From a virus, in IMG/VR virus record IMGVR_UViG_3300009502_000026, positions 30,091 through 94,090 of that record: a stretch of 64,000 nucleotides of DNA. One strand, given 5' to 3'. Shown one piece after another: positions 37,109 through 46,155 of the stretch (the first letter of the stretch is position 1; the number at the start of each line of letters is the position of its first letter). The notes below the pieces were generated by a model. That model saw nothing but the letters and a program-made list of their open reading frames with translations. It made no database searches and was not told the DNA's origin. Both the position numbers and the translations under genes were made by a program.

Positions 37109-39868
37109 CTAAGATGTCGATTTCTCTCTCAGTGCCAAGAGTTTCGCCATCCTAACCAGAACTGTTGCCTCTTGGGTTGTGGGCTCTCGGCCCATCGTGA
37201 ACTCACAAGCCTGGAGGAAAGTAGTCAGGGACCGGAACCCGGTAGGAGACCCTACCATCCCTGCCACCTTGTACAGGTCACTAGCGATCTTGATACCCTG
37301 CGAATTGTTCAGGGCTTCTAGCTTGAAGATGAAGTCATTGTCAGAGCTTGCAGTTCTAACAAGTTTCTGAACCGTAGCCTTGTATTGGGCTACCTTGGGG
37401 GTACTTCCAGTGATCAGAGTTGCTTGGGGAACCAACTTAGGAGTATGCCCCACTACCTTCACACTAGCCTGACTCACCAAGGTATCGTTGGGGGCATCAG
37501 AAGAAGGAGCCGCAGGGTTAGTATTCCCATAGGGGGCAGACCCCCCATTCATGGCATCCTGGACTCTCTTCTTGACCCTATCCAGCATCTTCCCGTAAAG
37601 CTCATCTTCCATGTCCTTCAGAGGATCAGGCTTGGCTTCAGGGGCAGGTTCCGTAGCAGGAGCATCAACTCCCTCATCCTCAAACTCCTGTGCTACACAG
37701 GAGCTTGCTGCCTTAGCTAGACCCTCTGGGAGATTAGAGAAGTCATTCTTGGGCAAGGTCTTCGGGATACTGAACATTTTCTTCCCACTAGGAGAGAAAG
37801 CTGAATCCCCTACCACCTTGACAGGACCACGAGCTACGGCACCTGTAAAGGCTGGGATCTTCACCCAAGATCCTTCCACAAAGACCACACCCCCTGTTGC
37901 ATCCTCTGTCTCATGTCCACAGAGTTCCGCAATCTGATGCCTCTGCCCCATCTCATCAAAGAATATATTGCCCTTCAGGTGACGGATGCAGTTACAGAAC
38001 TCCGTCTCATCTGAAGCCCAATTCCCACACTTTGTACATGTCGTACTCTGTGTAGTGCAACCCATAGATAGGGAATCAAGAGCACCGGATTCAATGTCCT
38101 GGATGAGTTGAACATGCTTACGGTCATTAGCTACCAGGATGTCCACGTACACAGAGGGGCCAATGTCCCTGGCTACAGCATCAATGATCCGACCCTTGGA
38201 GAGCTCCTCAATCTGAACGTGCTCCACGAAACTGTGAGCACCGATCAAAGTAGGGTAGGACTTCAGGAGTACCGGACGAGACCACGCATCAGAGTTATGA
38301 ACAGCGATCCCCCCTGCGATATAGGAATTGTCCTCTTCTACCTCAAGGTTATGGACCTTGCCCTGGTACTCCACAACCTCTACAGATTCTACGATCTGGA
38401 GGCAGTAGCCATTCAAGAACCGGAGATCAGGTACCTTCTGGACCTCACCATGGGATTCCAGAAATGCAGCATAGGCACCCTCATATTTGGTACCTTCCAG
38501 TAGATCATTCAGATAACCAGCCCCGCAGGATAGAGTCCACCCCTGGGTCTCTTTGGTGGGGTCTGAAACCACAATCGGTTTACCGTCCACTACCAATCGT
38601 TTACGGCCCTCCAGGACAGCAAAGGTCCACTGGGGGGCCACCCCCAACCTATGGAGGATCAAACGTACTTGGTTGATCAGGGATACACTTGCGGAACTAC
38701 CCGTCAAGCGGGCATCCCCAATCTTGGAAGTAAAAAAACTCCCATCCCCCTCAAACCACCCCTTGACTACCTCTTCCTGTACCTGATGTGAGGCACGGAG
38801 GAGATCCTCATGCAAACTCTTGGTCTTTGACCCATCGCCCAACACCCAACGAGAGAAGAACTCCACCAGGGGCCTATTGGTCTTGGTCGTGACCACAATC
38901 CCCTTATCAGTCTGATGATACCTGATAGTGCTGTCTGCCCCAAACTCTGACTTGAGGAGAGAACATACAGTTTTCGCTAATGTATTCTCCTCACTCAGGT
39001 TGAAGGCAAAGCACACCCCTACCCTCTCATTGTCCTTACGGGAGTCCAGTTCATAGTAGCCTTCCGCAAGAAAGAGCCCGAGAAGCCTAGCTTGGCCCGG
39101 TGTCAACCCCACAGAGACATCCCCATCCAGGATGGGTGTGGCTACAAAATCCCAATGATCCCTCACCTGACCAACAGGTACGAATTCTCCCCTCTTCTCA
39201 GTCAGAAGATCACGTTTAGGGATTCGCTTGCTGTAATAGCAAGCCCCACTACAGTAGAATCTGTCCAGAAGGTGGGAAATACACTTGCTGGCATGGTGGA
39301 TATTGGACCCGCACTGAATACAGGCTTCCTGGGGGCGGAACACGAAGAATGGGTGTTCCCGGGTTACATATAGTCTCTCGTTACACCCACGGTACTTCAA
39401 CCCCAGAAGTGCCCCATCAACCTGATGGCTATAGGTCTGGAGAACTTTACGTGCCCTTCCTGTATGAGTCAGAACCTCATCCCCCACCTGTACCTGCTCA
39501 ATGGGCTTAACCGTCCCATCTGACATTGTAATGGATGTGCCAGGAATGAAGCAGTTATTGTTGATCCATTTTTCGCAGTCAGCTTTGACCCGGAAGTCAG
39601 CATACTTCCGGTTGATCTTCTGACCATCAAACTGAATCATGCCCAGCTTGGTACCGGGAGTAGCAACCGTATCTACCGAAGCTACCAGAGTTGCGTGAGT
39701 GAGAAGGTACTTGGAAGGGTCAAATGACTCCCCAAGAATATCAGAAGCTTGCTTCACCAAGTCCCTGTCCAACCGGGTAGACCCGGATGCTACACGGACA
39801 TCATCCCATACTCCATCCCGGAGCTTGGGAACGGTGACCAGAGCTCTTGCAGTTCTTAGGAAGGCCAT
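37109..39868 (-). CDS. Prohead maturation protease containing an intein
   Basis: Spliced NNN|SDAW...SFVEH...KGRIIDA...SLSMGC...EGSWV..PA matches the herpes/HK97-like protease motif order. Confidence 0.82.
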   Translation of the reverse strand: MAFLRTARALVTVPKLRDGVWDDVRVASGSTRLDRDLVKQASDILGESFDPSKYLLTHATLVASVDTVATPGTKLGMIQFDGQKINRKYADFRVKADCEKWINNNCFIPGTSITMSDGTVKPIEQVQVGDEVLTHTGRARKVLQTYSHQVDGALLGLKYRGCNERLYVTREHPFFVFRPQEACIQCGSNIHHASKCISHLLDRFYCSGACYYSKRIPKRDLLTEKRGEFVPVGQVRDHWDFVATPILDGDVSVGLTPGQARLLGLFLAEGYYELDSRKDNERVGVCFAFNLSEENTLAKTVCSLLKSEFGADSTIRYHQTDKGIVVTTKTNRPLVEFFSRWVLGDGSKTKSLHEDLLRASHQVQEEVVKGWFEGDGSFFTSKIGDARLTGSSASVSLINQVRLILHRLGVAPQWTFAVLEGRKRLVVDGKPIVVSDPTKETQGWTLSCGAGYLNDLLEGTKYEGAYAAFLESHGEVQKVPDLRFLNGYCLQIVESVEVVEYQGKVHNLEVEEDNSYIAGGIAVHNSDAWSRPVLLKSYPTLIGAHSFVEHVQIEELSKGRIIDAVARDIGPSVYVDILVANDRKHVQLIQDIESGALDSLSMGCTTQSTTCTKCGNWASDETEFCNCIRHLKGNIFFDEMGQRHQIAELCGHETEDATGGVVFVEGSWVKIPAFTGAVARGPVKVVGDSAFSPSGKKMFSIPKTLPKNDFSNLPEGLAKAASSCVAQEFEDEGVDAPATEPAPEAKPDPLKDMEDELYGKMLDRVKKRVQDAMNGGSAPYGNTNPAAPSSDAPNDTLVSQASVKVVGHTPKLVPQATLITGSTPKVAQYKATVQKLVRTASSDNDFIFKLEALNNSQGIKIASDLYKVAGMVGSPTGFRSLTTFLQACEFTMGREPTTQEATVLVRMAKLLALREKSTS
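38294..39553 (-). mobile_element. Intein (420 aa) with LAGLIDADG endonuclease in the protease
   Basis: CFIPGT...VTREHPF...LLGLFLAEG...KGWFEGDG...VHNLEV...AVHN|S. Confidence 0.92.
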
Positions 39869-39872
39869 GGAC

Positions 39873-40418
39873 TTACCCCAAGATCAGTTCAGACGGACGT
39901 ATAAGGAATAGGCAAGTAGGGCAACACAGGAGCCTCTCACTCTTGCCGTTCTGCCTTGTGTACACCGTCTTCCGAAGGATGGGCTTTTCCTGGCACCGGG
40001 GGCAGAAGAAACCCTCGGCTTCAGATTCGTCTCTAGTAGCCCGGTACCTACGGTCTGGGGCACCCCAGTAGAGTGCTCGGACGTGCCTGGAAGCTACCTT
40101 CTGGACTGACTCCCGGAGAGGAATCGGATACGGACCCCCTGGAACAGACACAGAGGTCCGGTTTCCCGGCACACTGTCCACTAGGCTGTCCACATAGGGG
40201 TCTGTATCGTTGGGGTCTACCTGAAGGTCTTCCACTGGCATTCGAGAGGCCCCGTGGGGGAACTGGACATCCACCATCCCAATGGCAGGGAACACAGCTA
40301 CAACTGTGCCCCCTTGGGCAAAGTTACCACCAATGGTAGGAGCTACACGGTCCCCTACATGGAACCCAGTAGCCCTAGCCTGATAGTCCACATAGGATGT
40401 TGCAGTACGATCTTGCAC
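39873..40418 (-). CDS. Hypothetical protein with an SH3-like N-terminus and a C-terminal zinc ribbon
   Basis: FHVGDRV...GTVVAV; CPRC...CCPTC. Confidence 0.7.
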   Translation of the reverse strand: MQDRTATSYVDYQARATGFHVGDRVAPTIGGNFAQGGTVVAVFPAIGMVDVQFPHGASRMPVEDLQVDPNDTDPYVDSLVDSVPGNRTSVSVPGGPYPIPLRESVQKVASRHVRALYWGAPDRRYRATRDESEAEGFFCPRCQEKPILRKTVYTRQNGKSERLLCCPTCLFLIRPSELILG

Positions 40419-40450
40419 GGGAGCCTCATTCTGACTGAACAGACGGAGAG

Positions 40451-41068
40451 CTACTCGTCTAGGTCGTACTCTGCGTCGTCATCGGTCTCGGACTTCTTGC
40501 TGGCTTCCTTCTTCTCTTCGGGCTCAGGCTTGGGCTCTTCCTTGTCCTCGCCTGCCTTCTTGCCAGCATCCTTCTTGTCCTCGGCCTTGTCTTCCTTCTT
40601 GTTCTCGGCCTTGTCTGCCTTATCATCATCCTTCTTCAGCCAAGGGGGAAGTTCTCCCGCAGACTTGCCGCCCAGGAGAGTTGCAAGCTTGGCCGCAACA
40701 ACAACGAGTTCCTTGGCCGTCTTGGCAACCTGAGTGCCATCTACGGGAGGATCAGCTACACCATCACTGAGCTTGCCTGCTTCCTGCTTGGCAAGAAGCT
40801 GCTCCTTCTCTACCTGGGTGAAGTGACCGTTCATAAACGGCTCATCTGCATCCTTGACCTGGGGGCCCGGAACGACCTTGCCGATAGTGCTGGGATCAAA
40901 CCCTGCAACCTTGGCAATTCTGTCTGCCAGGAGGTCACACCGATAGGAGAAGTCCTTGGCTACCTTCTCAGGGATGCCGAGACGTTCATGGTGCTTTTCC
41001 AGAGTTGTAGCTAGCTTGTCAAGATCGTTCGTGACCCGACGTACTGCGTTTGCTGTAACCTTCTTCAT
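40451..41068 (-). CDS. Putative head-core/scaffold-like protein
   Basis: RBS GGAGAGG before ATG 41068; acidic KPEPEPEEKKEA tail like the scaffold; class B motif at 41131..41143. Confidence 0.7.
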   Translation of the reverse strand: MKKVTANAVRRVTNDLDKLATTLEKHHERLGIPEKVAKDFSYRCDLLADRIAKVAGFDPSTIGKVVPGPQVKDADEPFMNGHFTQVEKEQLLAKQEAGKLSDGVADPPVDGTQVAKTAKELVVVAAKLATLLGGKSAGELPPWLKKDDDKADKAENKKEDKAEDKKDAGKKAGEDKEEPKPEPEEKKEASKKSETDDDAEYDLDE

Positions 41069-41145
41069 GGTTTTCCTCTCCAGGACTTGGAACACCCACA
41101 GGGGTGATATTCGCTACTAGCGTGTAGAATATAGTAAGTCTAACG

Positions 41146-44100
41146 TCACCAATCAGCTAACTCCGGTTCCGTAGAAAGGCTGAAAGCATCCTCATCGTCC
41201 TCATAATCCCCTTCTACTAACCCATGCACAAGGGATCGAGCCATATTAGGTTCTTCATACCCATCCTTCTCTATAGCCCTGTTGATGGCTCTGATCCTCT
41301 CCAACTCAAAAAGGTCATTGTCCTCTTTCGTAGGAACCTCACCCTTCTTGAGCTTTTCAAGACGCTCCTCATACTTCTTCTGGTAATCAGGGTCCTTATT
41401 CAGAATATCACTTTGCTCCGCTGCTACTTCTTCCGGTGTTTTCTTTGCTCTCTCTTTCTTAGGAGTCATGCTCTTCACAGCCGCAGAGAGAACACCTGCA
41501 TCATTCATCCAAGCATTCCAGAACATTGACCGAACACTGAGTTGCTGTTCAGGATTCAGAGTACCAGACCTAAACATCTTCAAAAGCTTATTGTATGGGT
41601 GATTCCCTTTTCCTGAATAAGAACCTTCAATGATAGCAGCTAGAGTGTCATCATCAATACCACCATCCTCACCTAGGTCTCTTAGAAACTCCCTGCTTGG
41701 GCCTACCCCTGCATTGATGATATCAGTGCCGCTATCCAGAATTTCCCTCCCAAACTCACCACCCATACCCTCATTTTTACCATCCCCATGAAGGGTGCGA
41801 ACCAATGCAATTGTATTTTGTGATGGGGCAGGCAGTTCACGGATGTCAGGTTGATTCTCTCCAGCTATGATCGAAGCTAAGTATACATCTCCTAAATGTG
41901 CCTTCAATTTCTGTATCTGTTCTTGTGCCTTGGGGTCATCTTGGTCCAATTTGGAGATGCCACTCCTAATACTTTCAATGGCTTTAGTCCTGATCTTCTT
42001 ACCTTCTTCAGGACTCTTCCCATCCTTACCGTGAATCATGTCACGGAAGTTTCTACTCCTGGGAGTCTTGACCGTCGGGCCCTTCCACTTCTTATCCGCA
42101 CCTTTTGGCTTAGAATCTTCCGGGAAAGCCTGATCGGACTTGGGCTTCTCTCCCTTGGGCTTCTCCCCTTCAGATTTCTCAGGCTCCTTCGGTGCTTCAC
42201 CCTCTGTAGGTGCCTTCGGCTCCTCTCCAGGAGTCCCTGTAGCTGGAGTTTTCCCCTTGGGAGTCCCAGGCTCGGGTTCTGGCTTAGGCTTAGGCTTAGG
42301 TTCTGTCTCTGTCGGAGGAGTCTCAGACTTGGGTTCTGGCTTAGGTTCCGGCTTAGGCTCGGGTTCTGGCTCTGGCTCCTTCTTAGGTGCCTTCCCCTTG
42401 TGAGCCTTCTCTGCCTTCAGTCTAGCCTTCTCAGCATTCTTAAGCTCCTTCTCCATACCTTGGAGGTCATCAGTTGAGTCACTGAGAGTGTAAGCATCCT
42501 CAGTGAATTCCTCCATAGTCACTGGTGGGTCCAAGCTATCAACAAGGACTTTGACTTCAGCTTCTATCTTTGCTCGTTTCTTTGGGTCGGAGGTTTCAAT
42601 AAACCTCTCAGCTACATCAGCAAGATCACTCTTGATGCTCTTGTACTTACTTTCGAGTATGTTTACCTTGTCTTGGAGGGTCTTATGATTGCCCTGGAGT
42701 TCCTCTACTTTCTTGGTAGCCTTTTCCAGAACTGACCCAGTATCTTCATCATCTTCACTAGCATCCCCACTACCCGTGGCGAATGCCTTAGCTTCATCCT
42801 TGGAGTCAAAGGTCTTGGCTGTGCCCTCAGAGTTGATACCCCTCCAGTTCTTCTCCTCAGTCTGCCAATAGTCACCAGACTTATGCTCAGGGGCATCTTT
42901 GATACCCACTACTTTTGGGGGAGGGGATACTTCCCCAAGTTTTACCAAGAACTTATGTGCCACCCTCTTGAAATTCAGAGTCAAGTCTGGGTCGGTCTCA
43001 GCAGACTGCCCCCCAAGGTCACCATCTCGATCAGGGTCTACTCGATGATCCCGTAGGTCTTGCCGAGGGGGCTTCTTCTTAGGATCAGGTTTGATGAGGT
43101 CTTTCGCTGCCTCATCTTCACGTTCCCCATCACTCTTAGTGGCAACTCTAAAGACTGCATCTGCATCTGACAGGTAACCCCCGTCAATGAGGGACCTGTA
43201 CAAGGCTTTCAGCATCAGAGCCTTGTTTCTCTCTGTCAGATAGGGACTAACATCCTTCCAAGTGTCATTAGTGAGAAGAATGTACCTGATGAACTCCTGA
43301 CCCTTGAAGTGATCTGCAAATTTGGGAGCCATCTCCAATGCCTTATCCACAAATTCCTGCATATATGCACGAACTTCATGGGGGTCATTGTAGTATTTCT
43401 CTGGGTCAATGTTCCTGGGAACTTCCCGGGTAGTAGCCCTGTTCTTCTGTTGTATATCCAGAACGTGGGTCATCTCATGTAAGAGCATCTGTCGGAAGTC
43501 CCTAGCCATGAACTCGACCGACTCCCGAAGTGCCTTCGTTGTGTACCTCCCATTCAGGTTCAAGACGATAGCTGGACGGGAACCCATTGACCCCTTGCCC
43601 CCCGATAGAAGGAGTTGTGGACTGTCACTCACAACGCTGGTGACCCTGAGTACTGGAACCAGGATGTTCTTCCCCTCAACCCCTAGGGCATCTGAGAATC
43701 TGTCCAGGTCTTTCTGAAGTACAGCATGATTGGGTGCCAACTGGCCGAGGGGCTCATCCTGGGGATGACGCCTTCCCAATTCTCGCTTCAAGTCCACGAT
43801 CAAATCCTGGACTTCGGCATCAATGAGACTCTTGTCAATCGGGATGGGCCTGGAAGCGATCTTGAACGACTTAGGGACTGCCCCATCCTTCAGATAAGTG
43901 TCTTCCATACCGGGCACTAGATACTGGGACCTGAGCGTAGCAGGCTCATGTCCTACAACCTCTGCCGTCTCTTTTAGTGCCTTCAGGAACTCATCCTTCA
44001 GGAGCTTCTTACGTTCCTTGGGATCAGTGGGTAGAGCCTTACCATTCTTCCGTGCCTCACCAAGCTTCTGACGCATGGTATCATTGGCATGGAACCCACG

Positions 44101-45183
44101 GATGTCCTTGGCAGTAATATCAAATGGCTTCAGGTAGGAGTTGACATGCTCTGCCGTTAGGTCAAAGTCTTCAACCTGAAGAACCTTGTCATTCGGCTTC
44201 TTGCCCTCAGTGTACTCCTTCAGGAGTTTGACAACTGCCCCAGTGTCTACTGTCTTTTCATGCTTGACACCGGATTTCCCCACGTATTTGATAACAGCCT
44301 TTCCCTTGGGGAAAGTGACATGTTTCACTTTCCAGCCTGTGACTCCAAAATGACCCTCACTAGCTGACTCATCATTTCCGATTCTCTCACAAGTTTCATC
44401 CATGAGAGCTACAGCGAGAGCCGTGAGCTTGGTCTCCTCACTACCAGAACTCAGGTCTTTACGCACCTTGGCACGAACTTCGGAGATGCCCTTACGAAGC
44501 TTCTCCACCTGTTCAGCCTTCTCCTTGTTCCTCTTTGCTACCTGCCTAGGGCCGTATTCATAGTGGACGTTCCCCTCGGAGTCCTTCTTCTTGTCTATGT
44601 ACTTGCCCCACTTGTCCAGGAACAGACCCGCAATCTTCACTGGGGACGCTATCCTTGGGGTCCACAACTGGGAGGCTACTCGACCTTCGGGAGTAGTATG
44701 AAGTTTCACTCTTGGGATGATATCCGGGAAACCCCAGATTTCCATCTCATCAAAACTCCAAGAACCACCCGGTACTTCTCCCTTGTATTCCTCAGTCAAC
44801 CCTGTGAGGTACTCCAGAGTGACATGGGGACGGTAGATCAGAGGGAAACTATCAACCACTTCAAAGTTTGCATCAAGGAGTGCCTGACGGAGATTCCACT
44901 TAAGGGCAGAAAGATCCTTGTCCATCTGGACAAGATCAACAGCTACTCTTCTTTCCTTATCAGGATTGACAAAGTACTCCATTCCTATCAGCGTAGCTGT
45001 GACAGGTCCACGGAACTGCGTGAACGTAGCCTGAACGATCTTCAGGAACTCAGTCCTACGTCCGACCGGAATCTCCCCTACATACAGAAAGGTGACATGA
45101 GGGGGAGAATCGTCCTCTTCTCCAAGGGGAGGGAACCTGGAAGCCATCTCATCCGGGAGAGGTATGAATAGTCCAACACCCAT
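41146..45183 (-). CDS. Polyprotein: 2H phosphoesterase (Acb1/LigT-like) + DNA topoisomerase IB + zincin + acidic low-complexity region
   Basis: PHVTF/PHVTL pair; TopIB catalytic set ERIGN, GKSG, KDIR, VGH, SQYL; LLHEMTH...HEVRAY. Confidence 0.85.
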   Translation of the reverse strand: MGVGLFIPLPDEMASRFPPLGEEDDSPPHVTFLYVGEIPVGRRTEFLKIVQATFTQFRGPVTATLIGMEYFVNPDKERRVAVDLVQMDKDLSALKWNLRQALLDANFEVVDSFPLIYRPHVTLEYLTGLTEEYKGEVPGGSWSFDEMEIWGFPDIIPRVKLHTTPEGRVASQLWTPRIASPVKIAGLFLDKWGKYIDKKKDSEGNVHYEYGPRQVAKRNKEKAEQVEKLRKGISEVRAKVRKDLSSGSEETKLTALAVALMDETCERIGNDESASEGHFGVTGWKVKHVTFPKGKAVIKYVGKSGVKHEKTVDTGAVVKLLKEYTEGKKPNDKVLQVEDFDLTAEHVNSYLKPFDITAKDIRGFHANDTMRQKLGEARKNGKALPTDPKERKKLLKDEFLKALKETAEVVGHEPATLRSQYLVPGMEDTYLKDGAVPKSFKIASRPIPIDKSLIDAEVQDLIVDLKRELGRRHPQDEPLGQLAPNHAVLQKDLDRFSDALGVEGKNILVPVLRVTSVVSDSPQLLLSGGKGSMGSRPAIVLNLNGRYTTKALRESVEFMARDFRQMLLHEMTHVLDIQQKNRATTREVPRNIDPEKYYNDPHEVRAYMQEFVDKALEMAPKFADHFKGQEFIRYILLTNDTWKDVSPYLTERNKALMLKALYRSLIDGGYLSDADAVFRVATKSDGEREDEAAKDLIKPDPKKKPPRQDLRDHRVDPDRDGDLGGQSAETDPDLTLNFKRVAHKFLVKLGEVSPPPKVVGIKDAPEHKSGDYWQTEEKNWRGINSEGTAKTFDSKDEAKAFATGSGDASEDDEDTGSVLEKATKKVEELQGNHKTLQDKVNILESKYKSIKSDLADVAERFIETSDPKKRAKIEAEVKVLVDSLDPPVTMEEFTEDAYTLSDSTDDLQGMEKELKNAEKARLKAEKAHKGKAPKKEPEPEPEPKPEPKPEPKSETPPTETEPKPKPKPEPEPGTPKGKTPATGTPGEEPKAPTEGEAPKEPEKSEGEKPKGEKPKSDQAFPEDSKPKGADKKWKGPTVKTPRSRNFRDMIHGKDGKSPEEGKKIRTKAIESIRSGISKLDQDDPKAQEQIQKLKAHLGDVYLASIIAGENQPDIRELPAPSQNTIALVRTLHGDGKNEGMGGEFGREILDSGTDIINAGVGPSREFLRDLGEDGGIDDDTLAAIIEGSYSGKGNHPYNKLLKMFRSGTLNPEQQLSVRSMFWNAWMNDAGVLSAAVKSMTPKKERAKKTPEEVAAEQSDILNKDPDYQKKYEERLEKLKKGEVPTKEDNDLFELERIRAINRAIEKDGYEEPNMARSLVHGLVEGDYEDDEDAFSLSTEPELADW

Positions 45184-45184
45184 T

Positions 45185-46114
45185 TTAACCCCCTACCGGG
45201 TCTGATGGAGATGATAGGCAATACCCATTTTCATCTACATCACAAAGCTCGATACCATCATCTTCAGTGGCATCCACCCAAACCATGTGGACAACATTTT
45301 GAACCACGGCATCCAGGTCAATGAAGTCATGGTCCGGTTCTGGACCAGAGTCATACATAGAGATGAAAGCAAACTGTGTCCGTTGATCTTCCGGGAGTCC
45401 CCGTTCTGCCACAGGAACATTCCAGTCCTCAAACTCAGGGATAGCCTTCAGGCTGGTATCTACCAGGGAGTAAAGTTCCCTTCGGTCGTTGAACCAGAGA
45501 ATCTCCTGCCTACCTATTGTCTCTGCCTTGGGACGGAGAATATCTGAAAGCTTCTGGATTACAACTTCCAGGTTCTCTGGGAAGTCATAGGGAGACTGAC
45601 GAATACCCCACAAAGCTACGGCTCCTGTGATATGATTCAGGAACACCATAACCTTTTCCCGCTCGGCCTTGGCTACCCGTGCCATGTGGGCATCTGCCAC
45701 AAGGCTAGCCAAGGTGAGCTTCATAGATCCGACCTTCAACCCCGCTGCGGGTGATCCCTCCAGGAATACCATTGGGAGCAAGCCCTTCCTGAAGAGTCTC
45801 ACTCGTTGAGCAATGTACCTGGGGGACCTCATCCCCACTTCCCACTTGATCCCTAAGTTCCTGATAGCCTCTGCCAACGGGAAAATGGTCTTCCATTTCC
45901 CTGTCTTGTCCAGGGAATTCCCTTCCTCAATGAAGGCTTCGATAGTGATAAAATGCTTACGAATACAGTCCCTACAGTGCTTTCCAGGGTCATTCAGGTG
46001 GTCCTCCAAGAGAACCATCTGTTTGCAAGCTTCCCTGAAACAGAACTCAGGATTGTGTATCGGCAGAAGAGCCGGTAAGTTGGTTGGGTCGAGGATACAG
46101 GAATGTTTCCGCAT
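45185..46114 (-). CDS. Two-part hypothetical protein with a Cys/His-rich N-terminal domain
   Basis: REACKQMVLLEDHL....CRDCIRKHF; class B motif at 46140..46152. Confidence 0.65.
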   Translation of the reverse strand: MRKHSCILDPTNLPALLPIHNPEFCFREACKQMVLLEDHLNDPGKHCRDCIRKHFITIEAFIEEGNSLDKTGKWKTIFPLAEAIRNLGIKWEVGMRSPRYIAQRVRLFRKGLLPMVFLEGSPAAGLKVGSMKLTLASLVADAHMARVAKAEREKVMVFLNHITGAVALWGIRQSPYDFPENLEVVIQKLSDILRPKAETIGRQEILWFNDRRELYSLVDTSLKAIPEFEDWNVPVAERGLPEDQRTQFAFISMYDSGPEPDHDFIDLDAVVQNVVHMVWVDATEDDGIELCDVDENGYCLSSPSDPVGG

Positions 46115-46155
46115 TTGGAAGTCCTAACGGACTGGTGGGATAGGGAGACTACCTG

